Below the pieces are notes generated by a model. The model was not told the DNA's origin, did not search any database, and was given only the letters and a program-made list of their open reading frames with translations. From Alphaproteobacteria bacterium (lineage in GTDB: Bacteria > Pseudomonadota > Alphaproteobacteria > CADEGL01): a stretch of 36,274 nt of DNA. The stretch is taken from positions 1-36,274 of the forward strand of contig JBGPGW010000003.1 of assembly GCA_041484095.1 (NCBI GenBank), read 5' to 3'. Made by a program: the position numbers and the translations under genes. The stretch's first letter is position 1; the number at the start of each line of letters is the position of its first letter. This document shows, one piece after another, positions 17,647 through 26,291 of the stretch.

Positions 17647-18282
17647 ATGGCGAAAGATACCGCGAACCGAGCGCAGAATCGGCGTCTGCGTGAGGCGCCC
17701 GTTGATGGCCTCGCCGTCGATCCATTGCAGGTTTCCCAAGCGCTCGAATCGATCCTCTCCACGATGCGGGGTGATTTGAGCGTCGAGCATCTGGCCATTC
17801 ACCAGCATGTGAGCGAGCTGACCCAGTCTCTCCAGGGCCTGCGAGCCGAGATCGTCAAGCTCGAGCCGAGCAAGATCTGGCAGGAACACATTCCGGTCGC
17901 CAGCGACGAGCTGGACGCCATCGTTCAGGCCACGGAGGACGCGACCAATCGCATCATGTCCGCCGCGGAAATCGTCGAGCGTGTCGCCGGCGACCTTGAC
18001 GGGGCCCGGTCGACAGAGCTGACGGATGTCGTCACGGCGATCTATGAGGCCTGCAGCTTCCAGGACATCACCGGTCAGCGCGTCAAAAAAGTCGTCCGCA
18101 CATTGCAGCACATCGAGAGCGTGGTCGGGGCGATGGTCAGCCGATTCGGCCTGGGTAACGACGATGCCCCGTCAAGGCCGGAACCCGAACTCGCCGATCC
18201 CGACGCGAAGCTCCTCCACGGGCCGTCGCTTCCGAGCGACGCGAAGTCCCAGGCCGACATCGACGCACTCTTCGCCAGCTGA
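17647..18282 (+). CDS. cheZ: CheY-P phosphatase CheZ (alphaproteobacterial type)
   Basis: ELDAIVQATEDAT; ACSFQDITGQRV catalytic DxxxQ motif; C-terminal SQADIDALF CheY-binding peptide. Confidence 0.88.
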   Translation: MAKDTANRAQNRRLREAPVDGLAVDPLQVSQALESILSTMRGDLSVEHLAIHQHVSELTQSLQGLRAEIVKLEPSKIWQEHIPVASDELDAIVQATEDATNRIMSAAEIVERVAGDLDGARSTELTDVVTAIYEACSFQDITGQRVKKVVRTLQHIESVVGAMVSRFGLGNDDAPSRPEPELADPDAKLLHGPSLPSDAKSQADIDALFAS

Positions 18283-18285
18283 GGC

Positions 18286-18987
18286 ATGAGCACCCTGTTC
18301 GTCGGCCGGGATTCCAACGACGACGTTGTCGCGGGGTTTCCGATTCAGAAACGACACGCGGCACAAGACCTGAACATGGTCATGTATCTCGGTCTTTTCC
18401 TCTTGCTCCTGGTGTTTTTCATTCTCCTGTGGACGATGTCGCAACAGCGTCACGACAGGGCACTTGCCGCCGCGGGAAGCCTCACCGAAACGTTCGGCCA
18501 TGCGGGTCAGATCGGGGGCATCGTCCAGGGGGCGCCGCTTGTCGGGTCAGCCCACGAGATCGTCGCTGATCGCGTCGGCCGTCTCGTTCACGAGTGGTCG
18601 GATCGGTTTCCGATCGATGACTCGAGCACAGGGGAGCGGATCCAGTTCGCTCTTCCCGTTTCCTCTGTCTTCTCGCGGCCGGATTCGGCCGCGATGCAGC
18701 CGGCGGCCGAAGCGTTCCTCACCGATCTCGCGGCACTGACACGCGAGGCACCATCCGGAGCGAATGTGGCCATCGACGTCATCGCCGGAAGCACGATCGT
18801 AGGCGCCTGGAGTCGCGACGCGCCGCCGCCGCTCGCCCTGTCTCGCGCCGCATCGCTCGCTCGATATCTCGATCAGACCGGCCTCGGGTCCGCGTCGCTT
18901 GCCGTCGGGGTCGAGGTCGTAAAGATGCCGGCCGTCCGAATTGTCGTACGCGTGGAGGATGCGGCCGAGCCGGTGACGAAGCCCTGA
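18286..18987 (+). CDS. Degenerate MotB-like membrane protein (conserved Asp absent)
   Basis: MotB-like TM (YLGLFLLLLVFFILLWTMS) and OmpA-like remnant (LALSRAASLARYL..G). Confidence 0.6.
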   Translation: MSTLFVGRDSNDDVVAGFPIQKRHAAQDLNMVMYLGLFLLLLVFFILLWTMSQQRHDRALAAAGSLTETFGHAGQIGGIVQGAPLVGSAHEIVADRVGRLVHEWSDRFPIDDSSTGERIQFALPVSSVFSRPDSAAMQPAAEAFLTDLAALTREAPSGANVAIDVIAGSTIVGAWSRDAPPPLALSRAASLARYLDQTGLGSASLAVGVEVVKMPAVRIVVRVEDAAEPVTKP

Positions 18988-19003
18988 CGGCGATCGTTCG
19001 ATC

Positions 19004-19687
19004 ATGAACAATTTTGCCCCTCCACGCCCCTCTTCGATGTTCGGCGGCGTCTGGTTGGTCAGCTTCGCCGACCTCATCTCGATTCTCGTGACGTTTTTCG
19101 TCATGCTCTATTCCACGACCGACGTTCAACCCGAGGCATGGGACGCTCTGCGCGAGGGGCTTGCGCAGGGTCTTGGCCATAGCGAGAGCCAGACCATCGC
19201 GCAGCCGAACCTGATTCGAGCGCCGGCAGGCGAGGCGATCGGCGTCAATCTCGACTACCTCGCGGTGTTGCTCGAAGAACGGATGGCTGCAGATGTCGGT
19301 GAGGCCGAAACAACGGTCGTGCGACGCGGCGATCGAATCGTCATCGCTCTCGCCGCACGGGATCTCTTTGCAGCCGATCATGTGAGCGTCTCCGACGAAG
19401 CGGCACGGCGACTGGCCCGCATCGCCGGGCTTTTGATCCATGTGCGCAACCGTATCGAGGTGACGGCGTTCTCGCCCGATCTCCAGCGCGGCCGTGCGGA
19501 ACGGGCGTGGGAAACATCGATCGGTCGGGCGCATGCGGTCGCGCAAACGTTCCGCCGGGCCGGCTATACGCGCGACATTGCCGCGCTGGCAACCGGAGGA
19601 TCCGAGGCCCGTAAACATGGCGGCGCGGCGGATTCTGCCGACGGAGCCGATCGTATCGAAATTCATGTGTTGGGGGTGACGCCATGA
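19004..19687 (+). CDS. motB: MotB-family protein
   Basis: WLVSFADLISILVTFFVMLYS MotB TM motif; WETSIGRAHAVA and DRIEIHV OmpA-like C terminus. Confidence 0.78.
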   Translation: MNNFAPPRPSSMFGGVWLVSFADLISILVTFFVMLYSTTDVQPEAWDALREGLAQGLGHSESQTIAQPNLIRAPAGEAIGVNLDYLAVLLEERMAADVGEAETTVVRRGDRIVIALAARDLFAADHVSVSDEAARRLARIAGLLIHVRNRIEVTAFSPDLQRGRAERAWETSIGRAHAVAQTFRRAGYTRDIAALATGGSEARKHGGAADSADGADRIEIHVLGVTP

Positions 19688-22224
19688 AGGGTCGCCGCCT
19701 GATGATCGCCGGCGTGCTTGGCGCCTGTGTCGCCATCCTCGCCGACCTCGCCTGGGCCGCAAACCAGGGTGGCGCGGACGCGCCTCAAGCGGCCGCGACG
19801 GCGGTGACGCCTGAGCGGACCCCGCCCTCGAACAAGGCCGCTCCGGCGGACAAGGTATCACCGCCCGGCGCATCTGGCGGCCGTATCGCGTCGACGGTTG
19901 GCGTGAAACGTGAAGGAGAGCGGGTGCTGTTGCGAATCAAGGGCGCGTCGGCCCTTGCGGTCTTCCAGCGTGCCGGCGCTCTTTGGCTGGCTTGGGACGC
20001 GCCATCAAATCTCAACGTGGCAGCGATGGAGCGGGCAGCAAAAGGGCTCGTCGGGACGATGCAACCGATCAGCGCTGCGAGCGCGAGCGTGCTGCGGATT
20101 GCGGCCGGACCGGAAGTCGCGGCGCGAATCGACCGGGCGTCGGACGTGTGGACTGTTGAACTCACGCGCGAGGATCGACCACCGGCCCACGCGATCGCCA
20201 TTCTGCCTTTGCCTGCGAAGGACGGGTCGGGCACGGTTGTCCTGCATTCGCCCGGGCTGCGCCATGTTCTCACCGTCAGGGATCCCGAGGCGGGCGACCA
20301 AATTCTCATTATTCCTTCGACCGAAAGCGGGCTTGGTATCGCGGCCGAGCGCGCCTACGCCCAGTTCTCGATCTTGCCGTCGTGGCAGGGCGCGGCGATC
20401 GTGCCGGCCGCGGACCATGTCGTTGCGCGCCCGGTCGAAGACGGCATCGAAGTCGTGGCTGAGGGCGGCCTCGTTCTTTCGCGACCCGGCGATGTCGAGC
20501 GCAGTCCCGCGGTGAACGCCGACACGAAACTGTTCGCCTTCGACGCCTGGCGCGCGCTGGCGCCGGGAACGTTTGTCGAGGGGAGCCAGGCCTTGATGGC
20601 CGCGGCGGCCTTCGCGGCGCCGGCCGACCGGAACAAGGCCCGACTTGCGCTCGCACAGTACAAGTTTGCCCACGGGTTTCCGAGAGAGGCGCTCGCCATC
20701 CTCGAAGTGATCGGACGCGAAGATCCCGCATTCGGCGATCGGCCCGATGTGATCATGCTGCGTGGCGCCTGTCGCCTGTCTGTCGGCGATATCGAGCGTG
20801 CGCAACGCGACCTCGGCGCTTCGTCCCTCGGCGGTGTGGGCGAGGCGCGCCTGTGGCGCGCCGTTCTGGTTGCCCGGAGTGGCGATCTGGCCGTGGCCCT
20901 GCAGGACTTCGCCCAAGGCATGTCCTTTCTGACGGACTATCCCTCTCCGTATAGGCAGAGGCTCGGACTCGCCGCGGCCGAGGCGGCATTGTCGCAGAAC
21001 GCGATCGATCAAGCGGAGCGGTTTCTTGAAATCGTTTCGCGCCAGCCTCTGACCGAGACCGATCGCAACCATGCGTCTGTGGTGCGCGGGCGCATTCTCC
21101 AGCTCGCCGGGCAGGATGCGGGTGCGCTGGCGCTGTGGAATGAGGTTCGCAAGAGTCGCGATCCGCGCAACGTCGTGCGGGCGACGCTGGCAAGCGTGGA
21201 ACTCGGCGTCGCCAAAGGAAAAGTCACGAAGGACAAGGCGATCCAGGACCTCGAATCGGCCCGGTATTCCTGGCGCGGTGATGACCTCGAATTCCAGGTC
21301 TTGAAGATGCTCGGGCGCCTCTATCTCGACACCGGCGAGTACCGCAAGGGTCTCGAGATGCTGCGCACGGCCGCCATTCATTTTCCGGGACACAAGGACG
21401 CCGGCGCGGTCACCCGCGAGATGTCCGAAGCGTTTGCCGAGTTGTTCCGGGATGGCGCATTCGAGAGAATGCCCATCGTCGCGGCGATCGCGCTGTACAA
21501 TGATTTTGGTGAGTTGACGCCCGCCGGCGCTGCAGGCGAGCCGGTGATGGCGAAGCTGATTGAAAGACTGGCGGCCCTCGATCTTCTCGATCAGGCATCC
21601 GTGCTGCTGGAGCGGCAATTGGGAAATCTGCCGGCCGGAGAGGGCAGGGCGCGCATCGCCACGCAACTCGCGGAACTGCGGCTCAACGATCAGAAGCCGC
21701 AAGCGGCGCTGGACGCTCTCGAGGCCAGTGACGCGCCGGACGTGCCTCCGGAGCTTCGGTTACGACGGACAATTTTGCATGCCAAGGCGCTTGCGGCCCT
21801 CGGGCGCACCGACGCGGCGGTGGCAACGCTCCACGACGACCTCGGAATCGACGCCATCCGCCTCAGGGCCGATATCATTTGGCGGAGCGGGCAATGGGCC
21901 GCGGCGGCTCAGGCGTATCGATCCGTGCTCGCGTATATCAAGCCGGTCGAGGGCAAGCTCGACGAGGCCGAGGCCGAGGCCATTCTCAAAGGGGCCATCG
22001 CGTTCGCCTTCACGCAGGATATCGGCGCGCTCGACCAGCTCCGCGCACAGTACGGCGCGTCCATGGCCAAAGGGCCCCATGACCATGCGTTCGAGGTCGT
22101 CACGTCGCATCCGACGAAGGCCGAGCTGCGCGGCATTCTCGGCGAGTTGGGCGATGTCAAAGCGTTCAAGGGACTCTTGGCGGCGGGTAATACGCCTCCG
22201 CGCCAGGGCAAGGCTGGTCCCTGA
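19684..22224 (+). CDS. Large exported tetratricopeptide-repeat protein
   Basis: Signal peptide (...LADLAWA), beta-rich N-terminal region, then repeated helical TPR-like units (e.g. LGRLYLDTGEYRKGLEML); ATGA overlap with motB. Confidence 0.75.
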   Translation: MKGRRLMIAGVLGACVAILADLAWAANQGGADAPQAAATAVTPERTPPSNKAAPADKVSPPGASGGRIASTVGVKREGERVLLRIKGASALAVFQRAGALWLAWDAPSNLNVAAMERAAKGLVGTMQPISAASASVLRIAAGPEVAARIDRASDVWTVELTREDRPPAHAIAILPLPAKDGSGTVVLHSPGLRHVLTVRDPEAGDQILIIPSTESGLGIAAERAYAQFSILPSWQGAAIVPAADHVVARPVEDGIEVVAEGGLVLSRPGDVERSPAVNADTKLFAFDAWRALAPGTFVEGSQALMAAAAFAAPADRNKARLALAQYKFAHGFPREALAILEVIGREDPAFGDRPDVIMLRGACRLSVGDIERAQRDLGASSLGGVGEARLWRAVLVARSGDLAVALQDFAQGMSFLTDYPSPYRQRLGLAAAEAALSQNAIDQAERFLEIVSRQPLTETDRNHASVVRGRILQLAGQDAGALALWNEVRKSRDPRNVVRATLASVELGVAKGKVTKDKAIQDLESARYSWRGDDLEFQVLKMLGRLYLDTGEYRKGLEMLRTAAIHFPGHKDAGAVTREMSEAFAELFRDGAFERMPIVAAIALYNDFGELTPAGAAGEPVMAKLIERLAALDLLDQASVLLERQLGNLPAGEGRARIATQLAELRLNDQKPQAALDALEASDAPDVPPELRLRRTILHAKALAALGRTDAAVATLHDDLGIDAIRLRADIIWRSGQWAAAAQAYRSVLAYIKPVEGKLDEAEAEAILKGAIAFAFTQDIGALDQLRAQYGASMAKGPHDHAFEVVTSHPTKAELRGILGELGDVKAFKGLLAAGNTPPRQGKAGP

Positions 22225-22305
22225 CGGCCGGCGACGTGCTTTGACAATTCGGTCTCTCTTTAAGAGCATGCCGTCCTGCATTGCTCCATTGGGGGGGAGG
22301 GCGAC

Positions 22306-22590
22306 ATGAAATTCGTATTGCTCGGAACGATCAGCGCCAAGGGCGCGGCCAAATATAAGGAGCGCGGCGCGAAGGCGTTCGCCAAGGGCAAGGCGCTCGG
22401 CTTCAAGATCGAGTTCCTCTATTACACGCAGGGGCCTTACGATTTCGTCGAGGTTCTCGATGCGCCCGACGCGGAGGCGGTCCTGGTGATGACCACGTGG
22501 TTTTCCAAGCAAGGTTATGGCCGGGTGATCGCATTGCCCGCTCACGATATGGAAGCCATGAAGCGAGCGGACAAAAAAGCCGGGCCTTGA
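22306..22590 (+). CDS. GYD-domain protein
   Basis: 94 aa; YYTQGPYDFVEVLDAPD matches the GxYD family motif; strong GGAGG RBS. Confidence 0.8.
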   Translation: MKFVLLGTISAKGAAKYKERGAKAFAKGKALGFKIEFLYYTQGPYDFVEVLDAPDAEAVLVMTTWFSKQGYGRVIALPAHDMEAMKRADKKAGP

Positions 22591-22646
22591 TGACGGGGAA
22601 GACGTACGCGTACAGCCTTGGCCGTGCAGGCGAAGCCCTCGAACGA

Positions 22647-22676
22647 TCAGCCTGGGATGCCGTCATCCCAGGCTGA
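22647..22676. repeat. Perfect 13-bp inverted repeat (hairpin)
   Basis: TCAGCCTGGGATG-CCGT-CATCCCAGGCTGA between the convergent GYD and bcp genes. Confidence 0.7.
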
Positions 22677-22849
22677 AAAACCCCGCATCATAAAGCAATT
22701 ACAAGTCTTTATATGTATTCGAGCCGCGCGGATGAAGAGAAGCGAGGGCCAGTTCGACAGGCGCCGATCGAGCCTGGCATCCCGCTGGCCCGTTCGGAAA
22801 GGCAGCCCGGCGCCGTGCGCGCCACACGTACAGCGGGGAAGCGCCGAAG

Positions 22850-23311
22850 CTATTTCTTTGTTTCCTCGAGAACCTCTTCGACATGGCCCGTGACTTTCAC
22901 ATTGCGCCACATCCCGCGGATGACGCCTTTTTCGTCGATGAGGAAGGTCGCCCGCTCCATGCCCATATAGCTCCGGCCATAGAGCTTTTTCTTGATCCAT
23001 GTCCCGTACGCGGCCGAGGCCTTCCCTTCGGCGTCTGAGGCGAGGCGGAACGGCAATTTGTATTTTTCCTTGAACTTGTCGTGGCGCTCCACGCTGTCCT
23101 TGGACACGCCGACGATCTCGACGCCAAGCTTCGCAAACGCCTTATTGGCGTCCCGGAATTCGCAGGACTCCTTGGTGCAACCCGGCGTGTCGTCCTTCGG
23201 ATAGAAGTACAGGACGACTTTCTTGCCCTTCAGTTCGGACAGCCGAATCGTGCCGCCGCCGTCGGTCGGCAGCGTAAGGGCGGGGGCGCGGTCACCGATC
23301 TTGAGCGTCAT
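22850..23311 (-). CDS. bcp: Thioredoxin-dependent peroxiredoxin Bcp/PrxQ
   Basis: VVLYFYPKDDTPGCTKESC; ERATFLID; start at the ATG at 23311 with AAGGAG RBS. Confidence 0.95.
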   Translation of the reverse strand: MTLKIGDRAPALTLPTDGGGTIRLSELKGKKVVLYFYPKDDTPGCTKESCEFRDANKAFAKLGVEIVGVSKDSVERHDKFKEKYKLPFRLASDAEGKASAAYGTWIKKKLYGRSYMGMERATFLIDEKGVIRGMWRNVKVTGHVEEVLEETKK

Positions 23312-26291
23312 GGCCTGGGATCTCCTTCGCTGTCTCATCCATGGCGCGCGCCGCAGCCCTCTTGACGATCAGGTCTTCGAAGTGGCCTCGAACGCGGCGT
23401 GCGTTCGCGCGCATCATGATCTTTAGCGCGCCGAAGTCGGGCGCACCAGCCGCCTTTGCGAGGAGAGCTTTCACCCCGGCGGGGGCCGTTTGTTCGTCGA
23501 ACGGACCCTCGAGCGTGAGCCGCGACAGCGCCAAGATCTGCCGCCAGAGGCGGCACGCTGCGCTGAGGTCGCGCGCTGTCCTGGGCGGCACCAGCCCCGC
23601 CCGCGTCGCGCGGGCGAGCGCCTCGGTCGTGTTGACGGCGAGCACACTCGGGTCGGTCTCGGCGTGGAGAAGCTGAAGAAATTGGGCAATGAACTCGACG
23701 TCGAGCAATCCGCCGCGGATGTGCTTGATGTCCCAGGGATTGTCGCTCCCGTGCTCGCGTTCGATCCGCAGGCGCATGTCCTGGACGTCGCCGGCAAGGC
23801 GCGCGGGGACACGCGGCGCGGACAGGATGGAGCGAATCGCGTGTTCGAGGCGTGCCCCGAGAGCCGGCGATCCCGCGACGGCGCGCGCGCGCGTCAAGGC
23901 CATGTGCTCCCACGTCCACGAGGATTCGCTGTGGTATTTGACGAAACTTTCAAAGCTGGAGGCCAGCGGGCCCGATTGGCCGGAGGGGCGCAGGCGCATG
24001 TCGACTTCGTAGAGCGATCCCTCTTCCGTGAGGGCTGTCACGGCATTGACGAAGCGCTGGCTCAGCCGCGCAAAGTAATGGCTGATCGCGAGCGGTCGCG
24101 GCCCATCGGACAGGGCGGCCTCGCTCGGCCCGTCGTAGATGAACAGAAGGTCGAGATCCGAGGTCGTCGTCATCTCGCGTCCGCCCATTTTGCCGAGCGC
24201 GACGACGGCGATCTGGGCATCCGGCACGCGGCCGTGGCTGCGCGCGAAATCGGCCTCGACGGCTGGCAGGAGGGCCGCCACCGCGCAGTCGGCGATGTCG
24301 GACAGCGCAACCCCGGCTCGGGTTCCGTCGATGGCCCCGCGCAACATCTGCACGCCGGCCTGGAATTTCCGGTCATGGGTCCAGCGCCGGACGAGGTCGA
24401 GGGTGTCTTGAAAGTCGCTCGCCTGACGGAGCGTCCGCGCGAGATCATCGGCGAGCGCCGGCGCGGCGGGCAAGGACTCGAAGAACCCCGGCAGCAGCAC
24501 GGCCTCAAGAGAGCTGGGGCGGCGGCTCAAATGATCGGCAAGGCCGGGGGCATCGCCCATAATCTCGGCGACGAGATCGAGGAGGTCCGGGTTAGCGTAG
24601 AAGAGTGAGAACAGTTGCACGCCGGCTGGGAGGCGATGCAGAAACTCGTCGAACTTGGCAAATGCTGTCGCGGGATTCGACGTCTTGGCGATCGCGGCCA
24701 GCAGCACCGGCGTCAGTTCGGTCAGCAATTCGCGCGCGCGCGTGCTGCGCATCGCCCGGTAACGGCCGTGGTGCCAGCCGCGAATCATGGAAGACACCGC
24801 AACCGGATCGACAAACCCGTAGGCTCCGATCGTCCCGAGCGTTTCCGGATCGTGGTCGGCGCCGGTGAAAACGAGATTCCCGGGGCCGCTCAGCGCCGGC
24901 GCTTCCTCGAACAGCTCCGCATAGTGGCCCTCGACGATACGAAGATGGTTGAGAAGGTCTCGGCCGAACGCCTCGCCATCGGGATAGCCGAGAAACACCG
25001 CGAGTCCCTCGATTCCCGCCGCGTCGTCGGGCACGCTATGCGTTTGTTCGTCCGCGACCATCTGCAGACGATGCTCGGCGGTCCGGAGAAAACGGTAGGC
25101 ATCGATCAGGCGATCCGCGACGCGCGGCTCGATGCGTCCCGCGCTGGCCAGCGCGCGCAGCGCCTCGCATGTGCCCGCGACGCGAAGTTGAGGGTCACGT
25201 CCCCCCCAAATGAGCTGCTGCGTCTGGGCGAACATCTCGATCTCGCGGATGCCGCCGCGCCCCAATTTGAGATTCTGGCCGGCCACCGCGATTTCGGTGC
25301 TGCCGTGATGGGCGTTGATCTGCCGCTTGATCGAGTGAATGTCCTGAATGGCCGCAAAATCGAGGTGGCGCCGCCAAATGAAGGGTCTCAGCTGCGAGAG
25401 AAAAGCGGCGCCCGCGCTTCGGTCTCCTGCGACCGGTCTTGCCTTGATCAGCGCCGCGCGTTCCCAATTTTGCCCCAGGCTTTCGTAATAGACTTCGGCC
25501 GCCGTCGTGGACAGCGCCGGCGGGGTCGAGCCCGGGTCGGGGCGAAGTCGAAGATCGGTGCGGAAGACATAGCCATCGGCGGTTCGCTCGGAGAGATGCC
25601 GGACGAGGGTGTGGGTCAGCCGGACCAAATGCTTCTGAAGCTCGGCGCGATTCGAGGGCGCCATCCGCTCGGAATCGTAGAGGACAATGATGTCGATATC
25701 GCTGGAGTAGTTGAGCTCTCGGGCACCGAGCTTGCCCATGCCGAGAACGATGAAGCCCGACTGAGCCGTCCCGTCGCTTCCGTCCGGCATTTGTATGGCG
25801 CCCGCGTCCGCAAGCTGACGGAGGAGCCGAGCGGTGATGTGGGTGAGGGCGGCCTCGGCAAAGTCGGAGAGCGCCGCGGTCACCCCGTCAAGCGACCATG
25901 CGCCGGCGATGTCCGCGAGACCGACGAGAAGGGCGGTGCGGCGTTTGGCCGTGCGCACGAGGCGCATCGTCTCGTCGTCGCGCCCGACGGGGGCCGCGCG
26001 AAGCGCTGCGAGCAGCGCGGCGAATGTCCCATCGAGGCCCTGGGAGACCAGATCGCGAACGAAGGGCAGTTCGAGAAGAAGGCTTTGCCCGAGATAGGGG
26101 CTATTGCCGAAAACCGCTTCCAGAAGGCCGCGGCTGCGGGAATCCGCCACCATCTCCGAGGCGAATCGGATCAGGTCCTGATCGCCCGTGGCCGCGGCGG
26201 CTTCGCGCCACCGATCCAAACCAATCGCGGCGGCCTCCCTATGTCCCGCTTTCGGGAGGCGTGCGGGGTCGGATATAAGTCGCTCCAGCAT
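23292..26291 (-). CDS. glnE: Bifunctional glutamine synthetase adenylyltransferase/deadenylylase
   Basis: Two nucleotidyltransferase motifs (GMGKLGARELNYSSDID and ALGKMGGREM..SDLD); DLRLRPDPG and DMRLRPSG; KLGRGGIREIE. Start is ATG 26291 or TTG 26306. Confidence 0.95.
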   Translation of the reverse strand: MLERLISDPARLPKAGHREAAAIGLDRWREAAAATGDQDLIRFASEMVADSRSRGLLEAVFGNSPYLGQSLLLELPFVRDLVSQGLDGTFAALLAALRAAPVGRDDETMRLVRTAKRRTALLVGLADIAGAWSLDGVTAALSDFAEAALTHITARLLRQLADAGAIQMPDGSDGTAQSGFIVLGMGKLGARELNYSSDIDIIVLYDSERMAPSNRAELQKHLVRLTHTLVRHLSERTADGYVFRTDLRLRPDPGSTPPALSTTAAEVYYESLGQNWERAALIKARPVAGDRSAGAAFLSQLRPFIWRRHLDFAAIQDIHSIKRQINAHHGSTEIAVAGQNLKLGRGGIREIEMFAQTQQLIWGGRDPQLRVAGTCEALRALASAGRIEPRVADRLIDAYRFLRTAEHRLQMVADEQTHSVPDDAAGIEGLAVFLGYPDGEAFGRDLLNHLRIVEGHYAELFEEAPALSGPGNLVFTGADHDPETLGTIGAYGFVDPVAVSSMIRGWHHGRYRAMRSTRARELLTELTPVLLAAIAKTSNPATAFAKFDEFLHRLPAGVQLFSLFYANPDLLDLVAEIMGDAPGLADHLSRRPSSLEAVLLPGFFESLPAAPALADDLARTLRQASDFQDTLDLVRRWTHDRKFQAGVQMLRGAIDGTRAGVALSDIADCAVAALLPAVEADFARSHGRVPDAQIAVVALGKMGGREMTTTSDLDLLFIYDGPSEAALSDGPRPLAISHYFARLSQRFVNAVTALTEEGSLYEVDMRLRPSGQSGPLASSFESFVKYHSESSWTWEHMALTRARAVAGSPALGARLEHAIRSILSAPRVPARLAGDVQDMRLRIEREHGSDNPWDIKHIRGGLLDVEFIAQFLQLLHAETDPSVLAVNTTEALARATRAGLVPPRTARDLSAACRLWRQILALSRLTLEGPFDEQTAPAGVKALLAKAAGAPDFGALKIMMRANARRVRGHFEDLIVKRAAARAMDETAKEIPGHDAQDR

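Noticed and set aside
20005-21702. 565-aa minus ORF antisense to the TPR gene
   Set aside because: Antisense shadow; the plus-strand gene fits the operon and has a signal peptide
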